DNA of 64,000 nt from Chrysomallon squamiferum. Its lineage: Eukaryota > Animalia > Mollusca. Under the pieces are notes generated by a model. It worked only from the letters and a program-made list of their open reading frames with translations, did not search any database and was not told the DNA's origin. Numbering within the stretch: the stretch's first letter is position 1; each line of letters begins with the position of its first letter. Both the position numbers and the translations under genes were made by a program. Shown one piece after another: positions 14,420 to 31,992 of this stretch. The DNA is taken from contig CM022670.1 in NCBI GenBank assembly GCA_012295275.1, positions 10,726,001-10,790,000 on the forward strand, written 5' to 3'.

Positions 14420-14845
14420 GCCTGTAGCTACGTCAACAGTAGCATAGAAGTTGTTTACCAGTCTCTATAGGTCACGCGCACTGGAATGTTCCGTCATATT
14501 TGACCTGCACACGTCAGCGACGATACATGACCCCGTGACGTCATCAGTCAATCAATATTTCACTACAACTCTTGTTTTTATATCATTTAAAGAATTTATT
14601 AATTTCAGAAAATTGTCGTCTGTGGTTGTAGAAATTTTATTATTAAGTTTCTGTTTCTTTTATTCCAAAGAAATACAGGATTCGTTCTTAGCAGCGTATA
14701 TTTTGGCCACATCGTTCTTGGCAACCTGTCAACACGCGTGAAAAACAACAACCAGTCGTAAACAGCTGTGCCCTTATAAGGAAATTAAGCTCCGCCTGCT
14801 AGTACATATAAACGACGTTCATTCATAAATTGCTTCATTCTTCGT
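14420..14845 (+). promoter_or_regulatory. KLF promoter: CRE, CArG box, TATA box and initiator
   Basis: TGACGTCA 14536-14543; CCTTATAAGG 14772-14781; TATAAA 14807-14812; Inr TCATTC with the A at 14837, exactly 30 nt after the start of the TATA; ATG 102 nt further downstream. Confidence 0.75.
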
Positions 14846-14938
14846 ATTACACGTTGCAGAGTAGATACGGACTTAACCTGATATTTTAGCCATATTAACT
14901 TGGTTCTATCAAGGAATTCTTACAAACCGTAACAACTT

Positions 14939-18950
<4,012 letters not shown>

Positions 18951-19616
18951 ACTGGAATAAAGGGAATTCTTGTATTACTGAACAGGGACACGGTACCAAC
19001 ATGGACCAGACCACAGTCTCCCAGCTCCCACTCTTCCACCATCCCAGTGGCCAGCCAGTACTGGGCTGGCACAGCTTTATGTCATGGTGTTGTTAGTGAT
19101 GCTGGTGATGATGATGATGCTGATCCGTGGCTGCTGTGTGTGTGACGAATATTGCTGTTGTAGACATGGAATCCAAATGAATGTTCTTCTCTTTGTGTCC
19201 GCGTTAATCAGAAAACAAAAATCTAAGAACATTAACAGTCTCCATGCATTTCCCGAATGCCAGAACTCATGAGACAAATAACATGACCATGCTTCACATG
19301 ATACTGAACAATGATAAACAGATGACAAAGGACAATTTAAAAAAAAAAAGAAAAAAAAGAAAAAGAAGAAGAATAAGATATAATAATTTGATCTCATTTT
19401 AAGTGATATTATAACTCTTATGAACATTTTTATGCACCTTGCTGGGTGACTTTTCAAGCATTTTTATTTTGTTTTCCATGTGTGTAACATACATAAACAG
19501 TGTTAAGTGTTGTTATTTATTATGGATGGTAACATTTTACTTTTGTCTTGTCAGGATCATGTAATGGGAGTTTGGTGCTAGCTGAAACTGGTGCTATTAA
19601 TAATATTATTATTATA

Positions 19617-19651
<35 letters not shown>

Positions 19652-19978
19652 TACTACTATTACTACTATTATTATTATTATTAATTAAGATTTATCTCGG
19701 TGAACTGACATCTTAGTGCTACCAGAGTTCTGGTGATTTGTATGGGGATATTATGGCCAGTGTATTTTTATTACCTGTTTTTTTTTTTTTGCTTCACTAA
19801 TTAATGTATTTGGTTGTGAAATTACAGTGATGTGTGTGTTCATTCATCAGCATGACAACTTTTTTTAAATAAACTTTTTATATTTATTTTAATTATTAGT
19901 ATTATATTTTAAAAAAAAAAAAATTATTTTTTTATTTTTTTGCTGTCTTTTGGTAGGTTTTATTTATTTTTTTTAAAA

Positions 19979-20029
<51 letters not shown>

Positions 20030-20890
20030 TCTAACTTACTTTTTCTTCTTTTTTATTTTTTTATTTTATGAAATCCAACCTGGTAATATCAGGAAGGAAT
20101 ATCTTTCAGGTATAACTTTGTGATGGAAGTTTATACACATACCTAGCATACTGTTTATAGATAAATATATCTTATATATTTTTAAAACTTTTAACTGCAG
20201 CCGACGTCAATCTGTTTTGTATAGTTTACTCTCAAATGTTCTTTTGTGTACGTACTGTATAAAAATACATTGGATGTACATGTGTGTAGCCATTTTGATG
20301 TTGCTAATGGCGGATTGAAAAGCCGTCTTGTAACGGATATCCTAGTCCATTTTGATGTATTTATGTTTATTAAACAAGAAGAAAAAGAACAGAGAAGAAA
20401 ACAAATAGTTAAAAAGATTAAATTTAATTGAGGATAAGTTAACAAAGTGGGTAATGTTTGGTGAAAAATTATATTTTTATTCGGGAGCCGAAGTGCTGTG
20501 TCTATTTTTAGTGCTATGTTTACGTCACGTATCACGTGATCTGCCTTTATGTAATGTCCACATGTATTTGGTGCCAAACAGATCTGGTAATTACCATTCC
20601 ATGTTATGGTGCTGATGCACACACACACAAAATGATGTCATTATTTTATAGCTTAATACATACGTACATTATTTCATTCTAAAAAGTATGTATATAAAAT
20701 TATATAGATGAATTTTACGATTTCACTACTTTTTTTGTATCATAGTAAAAAATGAAAAAAAAATGAAAAAAAAAAGTCGTCGATAATGCATTGTTTCTTA
20801 TTTTTGTACCAGTTGGGTGATATTGTTGTTTCACTACGTTAATATTTGAAAATATTGTGAGACAATAAAAATGTTTGTTACGAAAGTAAA
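18951..20890 (+). other. Probable KLF 3'UTR with AU-rich elements and miRNA seed matches
   Basis: AATAAA at 20864-20869 followed by a U/GU-rich tract at ~20898-20920; TTATTTATT nonamers at ~19512 and ~19960. Confidence 0.6.
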
Positions 20891-21319
20891 AAAAAAAGTG
20901 TTTATTTTATTTTGTTTTCAATTTCATTTACGATTTAATTTGCCTTTTGCAACAGCATGTGAAAGGTTCAGAAGTTAGAAAGGTATTATATTACCTATTT
21001 TAGCAGAAATGCATTCTCGTTGAGGGACTCAAACAAAACAGTATTGTATACGTAGTTTAGTTTTAATTATCAGCATGTCACATGCTTAATCAAACCAATC
21101 TGAACGTCATGTGATATCGGACATTTAATATCCATTGCAAAATGCATTCAGAATGAAACTAGCGGAAAAAGAAAAAAAAAAAAAAAAAAAAAAAAAAAAC
21201 ACTGCTTATTCTAATTTTGCACATTCAAAGTCAGTTTTATCACAATATTTACTCAATACTTCTTAAAATAACCGACCAAATCCTAAATTAATTTTTGGCA
21301 CCACGATACTACAAATCGG

Positions 21320-22903
21320 TAACTAATGACGTCACAACATTATTTCATGTTCGTTTCACCATTTGCAACAAAATTCGGCCTTGGATAGTTTTAGTACTGA
21401 ATACTAATCTGAAACAAAGTATAGCTGATCCTCCATTTAACGGACTAAAAAGGGCGAAAGATTGTCCGAAAAATCAGAAATCACGATTTTCCGAAAGATG
21501 GCACGATCTTATTTTCATTACAAAAATCGTACTTACTCAGTTTTTAGATTAGATTTTTATTATAATTTTTTTTTTTTTTTTTTAAATTGAGCAAATAAGG
21601 AATATAACATTTTTATTTCTTAGTAAGTCATTTACAAAAATATCTCCACTATTATACAGTTACCTTCATTAATACAATTAAACCATTATTAAAAACAAAA
21701 TGTTTTTGGAATATTTAATTTGAAATGGCTAGCAGATAAATAAGTAATTTATTACATCTAACCTTGTGCTCTGATTAAAAACAAGAACAAAATAATTAAA
21801 TGAATAAATCTATAAACTCAAAAATGTATTATTCTCCTCCAGCTCTACTTCTATGCGACATGTATTATCTCGAATGAGGGAAATGGGTTTGATATAATTA
21901 TTGTCATACATTATTAATGGTAAATATTGAACGCGAATAACAAAACAATGGCATACTAAGTAGAATGGTGCTGAACAAAATTACAGTCTGTTTTTCGATG
22001 ATTCACGTAGGAGAAAGTCGTAGGCCGAAAACTTTTTTTAAACTTCGGTCGTAAATTTAAAATTTAATAAACAAATACATTTTTTCTTTTCTTTTCCTTT
22101 CTTTTTCTTTTCTTTTTCTTTTCTTTTCCTTTCGTTTTCTCTTCTCTTCCTTTCTTTTACTTTTTTTTCCTTTCGTTTTCTCTTCTCTTCCTTTCTTTTA
22201 CTTTTTTTTTCTTTTTTAAATTTTGAATTTTTTTTTTTTTTTTTTTTTGTTTCACCAATAATACAAAATGTTTTTAATACATCTGTGTTAATTAGCTGAC
22301 GTCAGATGTAAACGACACATAGTTCAATAAACCGTAGGAGCCTTTAAACTCGAAATTTTGTCATGGAAAATCGGAAGTGCACTTTGACGAGTTTATAACG
22401 CGATCTATGTTTCATTATAAAACGTCCTTGTACAGATCTTAGAATAGATCTGTATTTTAAACTAAAAACATTTAAATTGTTCACGTACATTTACAAAAAA
22501 ATATCAAAATTTATTTCCCATTTTAAAGACAAATCTTAGAATAAGAAGTGCTTCCAGTTTTCTGTTGCCTGTTTGTTGACGTTTGTGTTGCATCAGATTT
22601 TTATTACAGTGTTATTATTTTTTTAAATATATAAATAAAAAAACTGAAATTTCACAGACGAAGAAAACATTACAAAACAGAATAATAATAATAATAATAA
22701 CAATCATTTTAATAATAATAATAATAATAATAATTAAAAGACGTTAAAAAAAAAGGCAAGAAAGAATGAAATATCCACATATGCATATGCATAATTAATT
22801 ATGTACATAGGAATGCGTGTGTTCATTAAGAATAAATATATACAGTAATAGTGTAAGTGTGTGTGTTCATGCATATATGTATGCATATGTATATTCCGTT
22901 TGC

Positions 22904-22980
<77 letters not shown>

Positions 22981-23242
22981 AAAGATATATAGTTAAATTT
23001 ATAGCAGATAAATATACATATAAGTGAATATGCATTTATATGATCTGTATATATATGTGTGTGTGTGCGTACGTAGTAACGAATAGGTGTAAGTTACGTA
23101 AGTACTTAGAAAGAGATTAAACAATGTTTCTTAATACATAAGAAACATTTCAGAGTTTGGAATAATTGTTTTAAATTTTGTTTTAAAAGCTGAACATTTA
23201 TAAATTCACAAAAAGTTTCATTTAGAACAAAACAAAACAAAA

Positions 23243-23280
<38 letters not shown>

Positions 23281-23418
23281 CATCAGAGAAAAAGAAGGAG
23301 AATAAAGTTAAGAGAAATGAAAAAAGAAATAAAATATGTTATTATTATTGTTGTTGTTGTTATAACTATTTTGCATTTTTGCTTGAAAACTGAAATTTAC
23401 GAAATAATAGGAAAGCGA

Positions 23419-23489
<71 letters not shown>

Positions 23490-24330
23490 GAACGAAGAAA
23501 TAAAGCAAGAAGGAGAAAGAAAATTATTCAAGAAAATATTTAATGGTGGATTTTTTTTTTTTTTTTTTTTTTTTTGACCATGTTAAGGAATTAATTTGAA
23601 GTTAACTTCTACGTTAGCAAAGAAAATACGAACATAAAATAAGATTTTGTAAGTAAAATGTTCACAAAATGAAAATATCGAACACTATTTCCTATTTTTT
23701 AAGGGAAATATTAGAATAAAAACTGCTTCCTTTTTTTTTTTTTTTTTTTTTTTTTTCTGAAAACTGTTTTCAGTAAACTATCACTATGGTTACAAAATAG
23801 AGAAGTCAGTTTATCTGACGTCGTTTGCAGAAGACTAAGAGGTCAGAAAACCGGAAAGAACTTTTAAACCGAGACTCAGCCATTTTTAAGATTAAATCTC
23901 TATTTTAAATTGAAAAAAAAAAAACTAACTAAAAAAAAAAAGAAATAATAGAAACGGAAAAAGTGAAATTTCAACGAACAAAATATCCTAATAGGGCTTT
24001 GTTTTTCCTGTTGTGTATTGTTACCCCCAGTTTTGGTTGTAAATCAAAAAATCAAAAATACAAAAGAATACGAAAATGAATTCAAAAAAGAAAAAAAAAA
24101 AAAAAAAAGGGGGAGAAGAAGAAACAGAGTAAAACGAAGAAATAACTCTCCCCTATATAATCAGGACAGTACCTACCAAAGCTATTATATGAAGAAAGGA
24201 TGGAACCACAAACAGCAAACGGTTCACTGTTCCTGCTATTTATTATGCTTCAGTTATGTTTACAAAAAAAAAAAAAATAATAATAATAATAATAAATAGT
24301 ATAAAAATAATAATAATAAAAAATGAATAA

Positions 24331-24380
<50 letters not shown>

Positions 24381-24417
24381 TAATAAAAAATAAATAAATA
24401 TATAATAATAATAATAA

Positions 24418-24481
<64 letters not shown>

Positions 24482-24635
24482 GAGATCGTTTTCTGATTAA
24501 AAATAAAATAAGAGACTTTACTTGAATATATATTTGACTGATATAAAGAACATACAAATTTATTAATTGCAAAATATTTTATATTTTAAAGAATTTAAAT
24601 GAAAGTATTAACAGACAGATAAGCTATTTAGGTCG

Positions 24636-24667
<32 letters not shown>

Positions 24668-26078
24668 GTCCCAATTCTTGCCAAGATAAAATATATCAAG
24701 TACAAAAAAAAACACAAAAAAACAACAACAAAACAACAAAAAAAGTAAAAAAAAAAAAAAAACATATAAACGGGTAACTATTTTCAGTATACCTGTAGTT
24801 ACGAAGTGCCGGAAATCAGTTTATCTGACGTCATATACAGACAACCGTTACCAGGAGATTTATCTGTAAAAACATCGGAAAGATATTATGACGTAATCAT
24901 TACAAAATCGTCCTTCTCCATTTTTAACATTAGATCTTTATTCTTTTCTTTCTCTCTCTCTTTTTTCAGAAAGAATAGAAAAGGAGAAAAAAAAAGTTCA
25001 ACGGCCAAAATATTCTAAAAGGGTTATGTTTTCTTCTGTTGTACATTGCTAAACCCAGTTTTGGTTGTAAATTGAAAAGTCGTAAGTACAAAACAATAAA
25101 TAAATTCAGAAAAAAATATATATAAATACAAATAAAAAGTAAAAAAAGAAGAAGAAAAAGAGCGTAACACGAAGAAACAAAGAAAGAAGAAGATAGAAAA
25201 ATATACAAGAAAATAATATGCAGCGGTCAACAATTTTTTCGATATTTTCTATTATTTGACTTGAAGTTCATGTATACAGCAAAGAAAATATATTTTCTTT
25301 ATTTTCGAATATGACATGCGGATTTTACCTAAAATTGGCGCAATAGTGATTTTGATACAAAAATATGAAACCATATTTCTCATTTTTAAAGAAAGATTTT
25401 GTGGTATAAAGTGCTTCCGGTCTACTGACGTATGTTTGACGTTTATCTTGCGTCAGATAATAAATAATTTTGTCACAATGTTCATTTAAGAAAAAGTAAC
25501 AAAAAAAAAAAATATTAAAAAAAAGAAAAAAAAAGAATAACAACAATAAATAAATAAATAAATAATAATATACAAAAAATATATCTCCTTATGATTAAGA
25601 ATATGAGATTTTGAATGAACAAATATTTGAGTGATTTAAAGAACATACAAACTGATTACTAGCAAAATATTTTATACAATTTAATTGAAAGTTCTAGCAG
25701 ACAGATAAGCTATTTTTTTTTTTTTTTTTATTTTACTGCTCCAATTCTATCCAAGATAAATTATCTCTAGTACCCAAGAAACAACGAAAATGGTACGAAT
25801 TGATATACATTTAATTACTATCATACTTGATCATTAGTAAAAACTGAATGCTAATTCTAAACAAACAATTAGATGCTTAGAAAATAATTCTAGTTGTAAT
25901 TTTAGTTAGTGTAAATGCATACATGTACATTGTAGAGGAACTTCTCTTATTTGCATCAGTTACAAATGTTCAGTGATTAATATCGACTTTTTACATATGT
26001 ATTCCATTATATATTAAACATTTATTCATTTGTTTAATTAATTATCTGTTGTCATAATTATTTATCTATTTTCTTTTA

Positions 26079-26112
<34 letters not shown>

Positions 26113-26590
26113 TTAAATTAAAATAATACAAACTATTTTCAGTATACCTGTAGTTACGAAGTACCGGAAGTCAGTTTAACTGACGTCATATACAGACAAC
26201 CGTTACCAGGAGATTTATGCGTTAAAAACATCGGAAAGATTATTATGACGTATTCATTACAAAATCGTCCTTCTCCATTTTTAATATTAGATCTTTCTTC
26301 TTTGATTTCTTTCTCTCTTTTTCAGAAAAAAAAGTAAGAAAAGGAGAAAGAAGAACTTATTTGTCGTAATATACAGACGTCATACGCTGTAGATAATAAG
26401 AAAACCGTTACCAAGAGATTTATCCGTGAAAAATCGGAAATAAATCATGACGTATTCATTTCATGATTCTATTTTCATTAGAAAATTATCTTTCTCCAGT
26501 TTTTAGATTACAACTGTATTTCAAACTAAGCAAATAAGGAATTTAAAAAGTCATATCCTTGAATGTACATAAAATATTTTTAGTAAGTTG
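21320..26590. repeat. Array of about 7 diverged copies of an ETS+CRE module, including a recent duplicated pair
   Basis: 24776-24990 and 26131-26350 are near-identical; 24505-24700 matches 25600-25770; more diverged copies at ~21325-21620, 22295-22455, 23800-23900, 26370-26550 and, inverted, ~25380-25460. Confidence 0.75.
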
Positions 26591-26645
26591 TTCATTATAG
26601 GATTTTGCTTGTTTTTCATGATTTCGTGTTCTTCTTTTTTCTTAC

Positions 26646-26730
<85 letters not shown>

Positions 26731-26868
26731 GTAGTAGTAGTAGTAGTAGTAGTAGAAGTAGTAGTAGTAGTATAACTGCTATTGTTGTTTTTCTTCTCTT
26801 TCATTCTTAAAAACAAGACGATGTGTATGTGCGTAGACGTACGTATATGTAAGTCTGAATTGTTATTA

Positions 26869-26975
26869 TATATTAAAAGTTACCATTTAAAGGCTCATAA
26901 AAGTATACATACAGTTAAGTTGATGTGACTAAATATTTTGATTTGAAATTAAATGTGTCTTATCGGTTATTCTGA
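26869..26975 (+). pseudogene. Decayed duplicate of KLF exon 3 and the start of intron 3
   Basis: Ungapped match to 18413-18519, 89/107 identical by hand; translates KSYHLKAHKSIHT; donor GT changed to TT; acceptor half missing. Confidence 0.88.
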
Positions 26976-27539
26976 GCGTTCGATAAAAAAAAATATATTA
27001 ACGGATCTACTATTCAAAAAAAATATATATATTTTTTATATTTTTAATTTTTTTTTTACAAAAATTGTTCAATTTCATATTTAAAATTTGATATATATAT
27101 ATGATTCACTAAGTTTTATAGACTGCAGACCTGGGTTTTGGGGGGATTTTTTTTCTCTCTTGGTCTTTGTTTCAAACATGCACCATAATACTCAACCCGG
27201 ACATGTCTTTGATTTCATGTCAGCTATGCGCTACAATTCAGACATATTATACGTTTAATATCAAACATTCATCATTCACGTTTTTCTTGTATATACATCA
27301 TCGAGTGTATGACAGACATGCATGCCTCTCTTAAGAAGCCAAAATAAACTACGTTTTCCTATTAACAGTAAACACAGGAACGCACACACCATAATATATG
27401 ATAACGAGTCACGAAGTCCATGTTTGAACGGGAAATAACGAAATGGGCCGAGTGACAACGACTGATCTTAGGACTATAATAGTTTCATATTATGATATCT
27501 TGTTTATTAATAGCAGAGTAAAAGTACTGGTAGTCACGG

Positions 27540-27945
27540 TAGAAGTTATTCAATTGTAATAGTAGTTGCTGAACTGTGGTAGCAATTGCCGTAGTCGTAG
27601 TTGTAATAGCAGTAATTGTAGTAGTACTAGCAATTGTAATAGTAGTGGTATACAGTGTAATAGCTGTTGCATTTTTTGTAGTAGAAACTATGGTTGATGT
27701 AGTTGTAGTGGCAATAGTTATGGTAGTAGTTGTTGTAGTTGAACTAGCAGTTGTTGGTGTTGTAGTAGTAGTTGTTATTTTTATTATAAGTTGTTGAACT
27801 AGTTCTTATTGTAGTTGTAATAGTGGTAACTGTTGTTACAGTCATCGTTGTAGTAGTAGTGATGTAGTTGTTGATATTGTAGTCGTTATCGTATTAGAAG
27901 TTGTTGTTGTTGCAGTTATGGTAATCGTTGTTGTAGTAGTACTAT
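27540..27945. repeat. Degenerate (GTA/GTT)n triplet low-complexity tract
   Basis: Continuous GTW/GCA triplets that give a spurious poly-Val ORF. Confidence 0.85.
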
Positions 27946-28933
27946 ATTTTATTTCGGAAAGACACGAATAACGAAAGTCTTAAATTCATAACGTAGTCGC
28001 TAATAAAGACGAAACTGAAGGTTGAAAATACGTTGTTCTGCCACACCAGCAAACAAAGGATGTCCCCCACGTCGTCTTTTCGGTAAGGGAACAACTAAGA
28101 GACTCCATTAACTACCACCGGAAGTGCTCGAGCAGTGTTCTTCCCAGCAAGCCGTGGCTAATAGCGTATTAAGATATTCCTCGTTTCTTTACCCGATAAT
28201 CCCTTTAATTGTCGTCTGCGTTCACTATGCAACGACTCTCTAAAATGACAGACGATAATTTGCAACATCCATTCGAGTGTAAAATGACTTTATTTCTTTA
28301 TTTGTCTCTGAAAAGACCCAGGTGGTTGCGAGACGACTTCTGACGACGACGACAACAACAAAGTTAGCGGGTGTCAGCACAACAACACCCGCTTAGGGTG
28401 GACTTTGGCGCGCGGCTATTTTTTGTTATCTGCCGTTTTTTTTTTTTTTTTTTTTTTTTTCTTTCTAACAATGGCGATGTTTTTGAATGAGTTTGAACTC
28501 AAAGTAACTTACACTCAGTGACCTCGGTCTTCGCCAGGTGAAATCAGATAACAGGTAAACGGGTTAATGGGTGGGCACGCTGTATCACAAGGAAAACGTA
28601 GAATGTTTTAATCGGAGCGAAGTCCAAGCGCGAGGAAATATTTATTTCTAAGAAGTGAGGATGTTTTCTAGGAAAGTGGTTGGTATGCAAGGCATGCTCT
28701 TTGTTATCAGATAGCGGAAGATATGTTTTTAAGAAATAAATATAAATCTTACGCTGTGCTTTGTGTATGGGGAATGTCGGTGTCAAGTTAGTCTTTTTAA
28801 TCGTTTGTGACCGAGCATTTTTTTTTTTAATGGGCTTGATACATTGCGTGGCTTTATGTTTAGGGAGGAAGTGGGAATGTGGAATGTATCATCTTAATTT
28901 TGTTTTAATTTCTTGTTGAAGAAAGAAGGCGTG

Positions 28934-29012
<79 letters not shown>

Positions 29013-29629
29013 AAATGAAAAAATTTGAGACACGCTCTCAAACGAATTGGTGGGTGATTAGGTACAGATAAACAAACAGATAGACATACAGACGAGATGG
29101 GAAACGTATTAACAGACATACGGACAGAGCCAGGCAGACAAACAGATCGGCAGTAAGAAGCCATACAAAAAGATGCATCTAAAAAAAAATAAAATAATGA
29201 AGTACACGAATATTTAGTGTGAATTTTTGTAATCAGTTTTAAATAATTTATATTAATCTCTCCCTCTCCAGATTTTCTATCCTGGCTCAAGAGATAAGGG
29301 GGGGGGGGGGAATGTTAATATTTCATTATGCAAAGAGTCAAAATATATTGACAAAACTTCCAACTTATCAGAAAATAATGAAAATTCTTTTTGACTCTTA
29401 TTTTTTTTTTTTGTGAATTAGACAGGAAGGCACGTCACATAATTTCAGCACTAAGATATATGAAATGACTGATACTAAACTGTCTTTGACACGTCAGTTC
29501 ACTCGGTTTATAACGTCCATAGCATCAGCTAAAAAAAAAAACAAGTTAAAATAATTTTGTAAATATTGCATTGGCAGCAATGAGAAAAAAAATATTAAAT
29601 TGGCCAGTCAATGTAACGTCCGCTAGAGG

Positions 29630-29663
<34 letters not shown>

Positions 29664-30664
29664 TTTTTAATTATTTGTGTGAGATGAAAATGTGAAGGTA
29701 ATATAATCATGTTCTTTCTAATTCTCTTAGTACTAGCCAAGGCTAGGTTAAAAAATATGTCAGCCAGTCTTCAAGTTATGACATCTGAATTTGAAAGAGA
29801 AAAGAAAACTGTAACATCTGTCACATGTAACATCCGTCACATTCATATAAATCAAGAAACGTTTTTACGACTGCAGCACTTCTGAACAAAATGTGGTTTC
29901 TTCAAATGCCAGTGCAGACATTTTTAAAAGAAAAATCCACTCCAACATCCTCAAAACAAATAAAGTTATGTATTCAATCTTTTTCAGGCTTTTCTGAAAA
30001 ATTACTATTTCAAGCTAAAGAAAAAAGATAAGAGTTTTATAAAGCAATCAAATATTTTATGTTAAAATGAGAAACAAAAAGTAAAGAAATAGAAAAGAAG
30101 ATTCCTGAATCCATCCAAAAGAAGATGTCAGCAACTGAGGCAAATGCTTCATACCGAAAATGAGGAATTTGTTTTTCATAAACACACACACGCACGCACA
30201 CACACAATAACACACACACACACACACACACACAAAGATTTTATTTTAAAAATATAAAATATAAATCTCTATTCCGATAGAAACGATGCCCACTGCATGT
30301 ATTCATTCATATCTACCGTTTGAAGTCTGCCGACATCGTTGCGATGAAAGACATAACTGACTTCAAAGCGAACAGGTTTATCGAAGACGCCTCGCTCCAA
30401 TTCGTTTTCCCCGCACCGATCGGCGCTCAAGTGTTTTTGCCTCATTTCAGAAAGTCTAGTTACGGCCATATTTATATATATATATATTTAAAATTTTCTT
30501 GAAACTGATTTGCATTATATCGTGGAGTAATGTAATTGCATATCGATTAACCACGTGAAAAATGATAGCTTTCTTTTTTTGTTGGTGGAAACATTTACAA
30601 ACATGTAAATAACTGAAAAACCTTGAACGATTTCGGCTATATCTATATCTATCTATCTATAAAT

Positions 30665-30714
<50 letters not shown>

Positions 30715-31425
30715 TCTTTTTTTGGAGAGGTGTAGTGGTATTAGATTGTTGTTGTTATTATTATTTAGTTGTTGTTGCTATTATATATTAACGTAAATTT
30801 GATAACCATATATAATTTAGTTTAAACCTTCATTAAATAAACACACTGTGCTATTTTTCTTTCGTACTGTACATGCGTCCGTCCGTCTTTTGTTACGTAT
30901 AGTATTATTACTTGTAGTCTTGTTTCATATTACATGCATAACGAAAACAAATTATTCTAAAATTTAAACAGTCTGCGAAGTAGCCTTGCATATGTATCTT
31001 AAAAAGAGAACAAAATCGTTTTGAATCTGGGACCTTGACAAACAATCGTAACACAATGCAGACTTCGTATAGGTATCGACGTAATGTTATTTTTCTTCGA
31101 CGTCACTGAGCGAGTCAGTGACTGTGCGAGTTGTGTTAGGTTTTTGGAGTTCGTGCGTTTTTATTGCCTACGTTTCGCTTCCAGCGGTACAGTCACAACT
31201 AGCGTATTAATTGGTGATCGCTCATCGCGCAGCGTTGTCATTACACAAGAATGTTCGTAACATGTCGTAAAGTTTCTCTCACGAGTGATAGCCTCGACCT
31301 GTCAAAACCGATTTCCTGGTCTTGTTAACGGGCTGACTGAATGCAGAGCTAACTGACTGGTAGCGTTCTTGCCCGAGATTAAGTAGTAGCGGTGGTAGTA
31401 GTAGTAGTAGTAGTAGTAGAAATAG

Positions 31426-31458
<33 letters not shown>

Positions 31459-31746
31459 GACGAAGAAGAAGAAGAAGAAAGGTTATTATCTAAGCTGTTT
31501 GTGGGGGTGTTGTTGACAGATTAGGGTTACCTCGTAATGCCTCTAATGCGTTGTCACCTTGTTACATGAATGAATAAATAACTGTTTACTAACCCTCGAA
31601 ATATTTTATTAGTGAGTTTTAGAGACAAACATTTAGTTCGTCATTATCATCATCATCGTCATTATTATTATCACCATTAATATTTTTATTATTCTTATTT
31701 TATTATTTATTTATTTATTTATTTTACTTATTTCAACAATACGAAC

Positions 31747-31992
31747 GAGGAAATCCGCTGCCTCTTATTTCAGTTATTATTAACGAATAGCAGCGAGAAT
31801 ATTTTACATGTTAGTCTTCAACAAACAGGAAAACCTGTAACTCAACTTTATAATTATCAAAGGTTATAGCGTCAGTCGGGGCCGAGTCCAGGTTGAAAAG
31901 GGGGGGAAAAAAATGCTCCATTGATGACACTGACGAGGATCGATCCAATATCGCATGATGCCTCAAATAATCATCATCAGTGAGCAGAGTCC
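31747..31992 (-). mobile_element. Degraded tRNA-derived SINE
   Basis: GAGGAAATCCGCTG...AATAGCAGCGAGAATATTTTACATG...ACAAACAGGA and a B-box-like GGATCGATCC (31937-31946) resemble, from memory, an abundant gastropod SINE; related fragments at 51857 and 57040. Confidence 0.5.

Noticed and set aside
19100-19330. SECIS element to explain the open frame after UGA
   Set aside because: No convincing RUGA...AA...GA kink-turn stem found by eye, and KLFs are not known selenoproteins.
27576-27797. Hydrophobic 73-aa membrane-protein-like ORF
   Set aside because: Degenerate GTN triplet repeat.
30269-30502. Complex-sequence ORFs on both strands (also 1708-1980, 34111-34464, 38675-38872)
   Set aside because: No recognisable domain or consistent splice structure; better explained as GC-richer regulatory islands.
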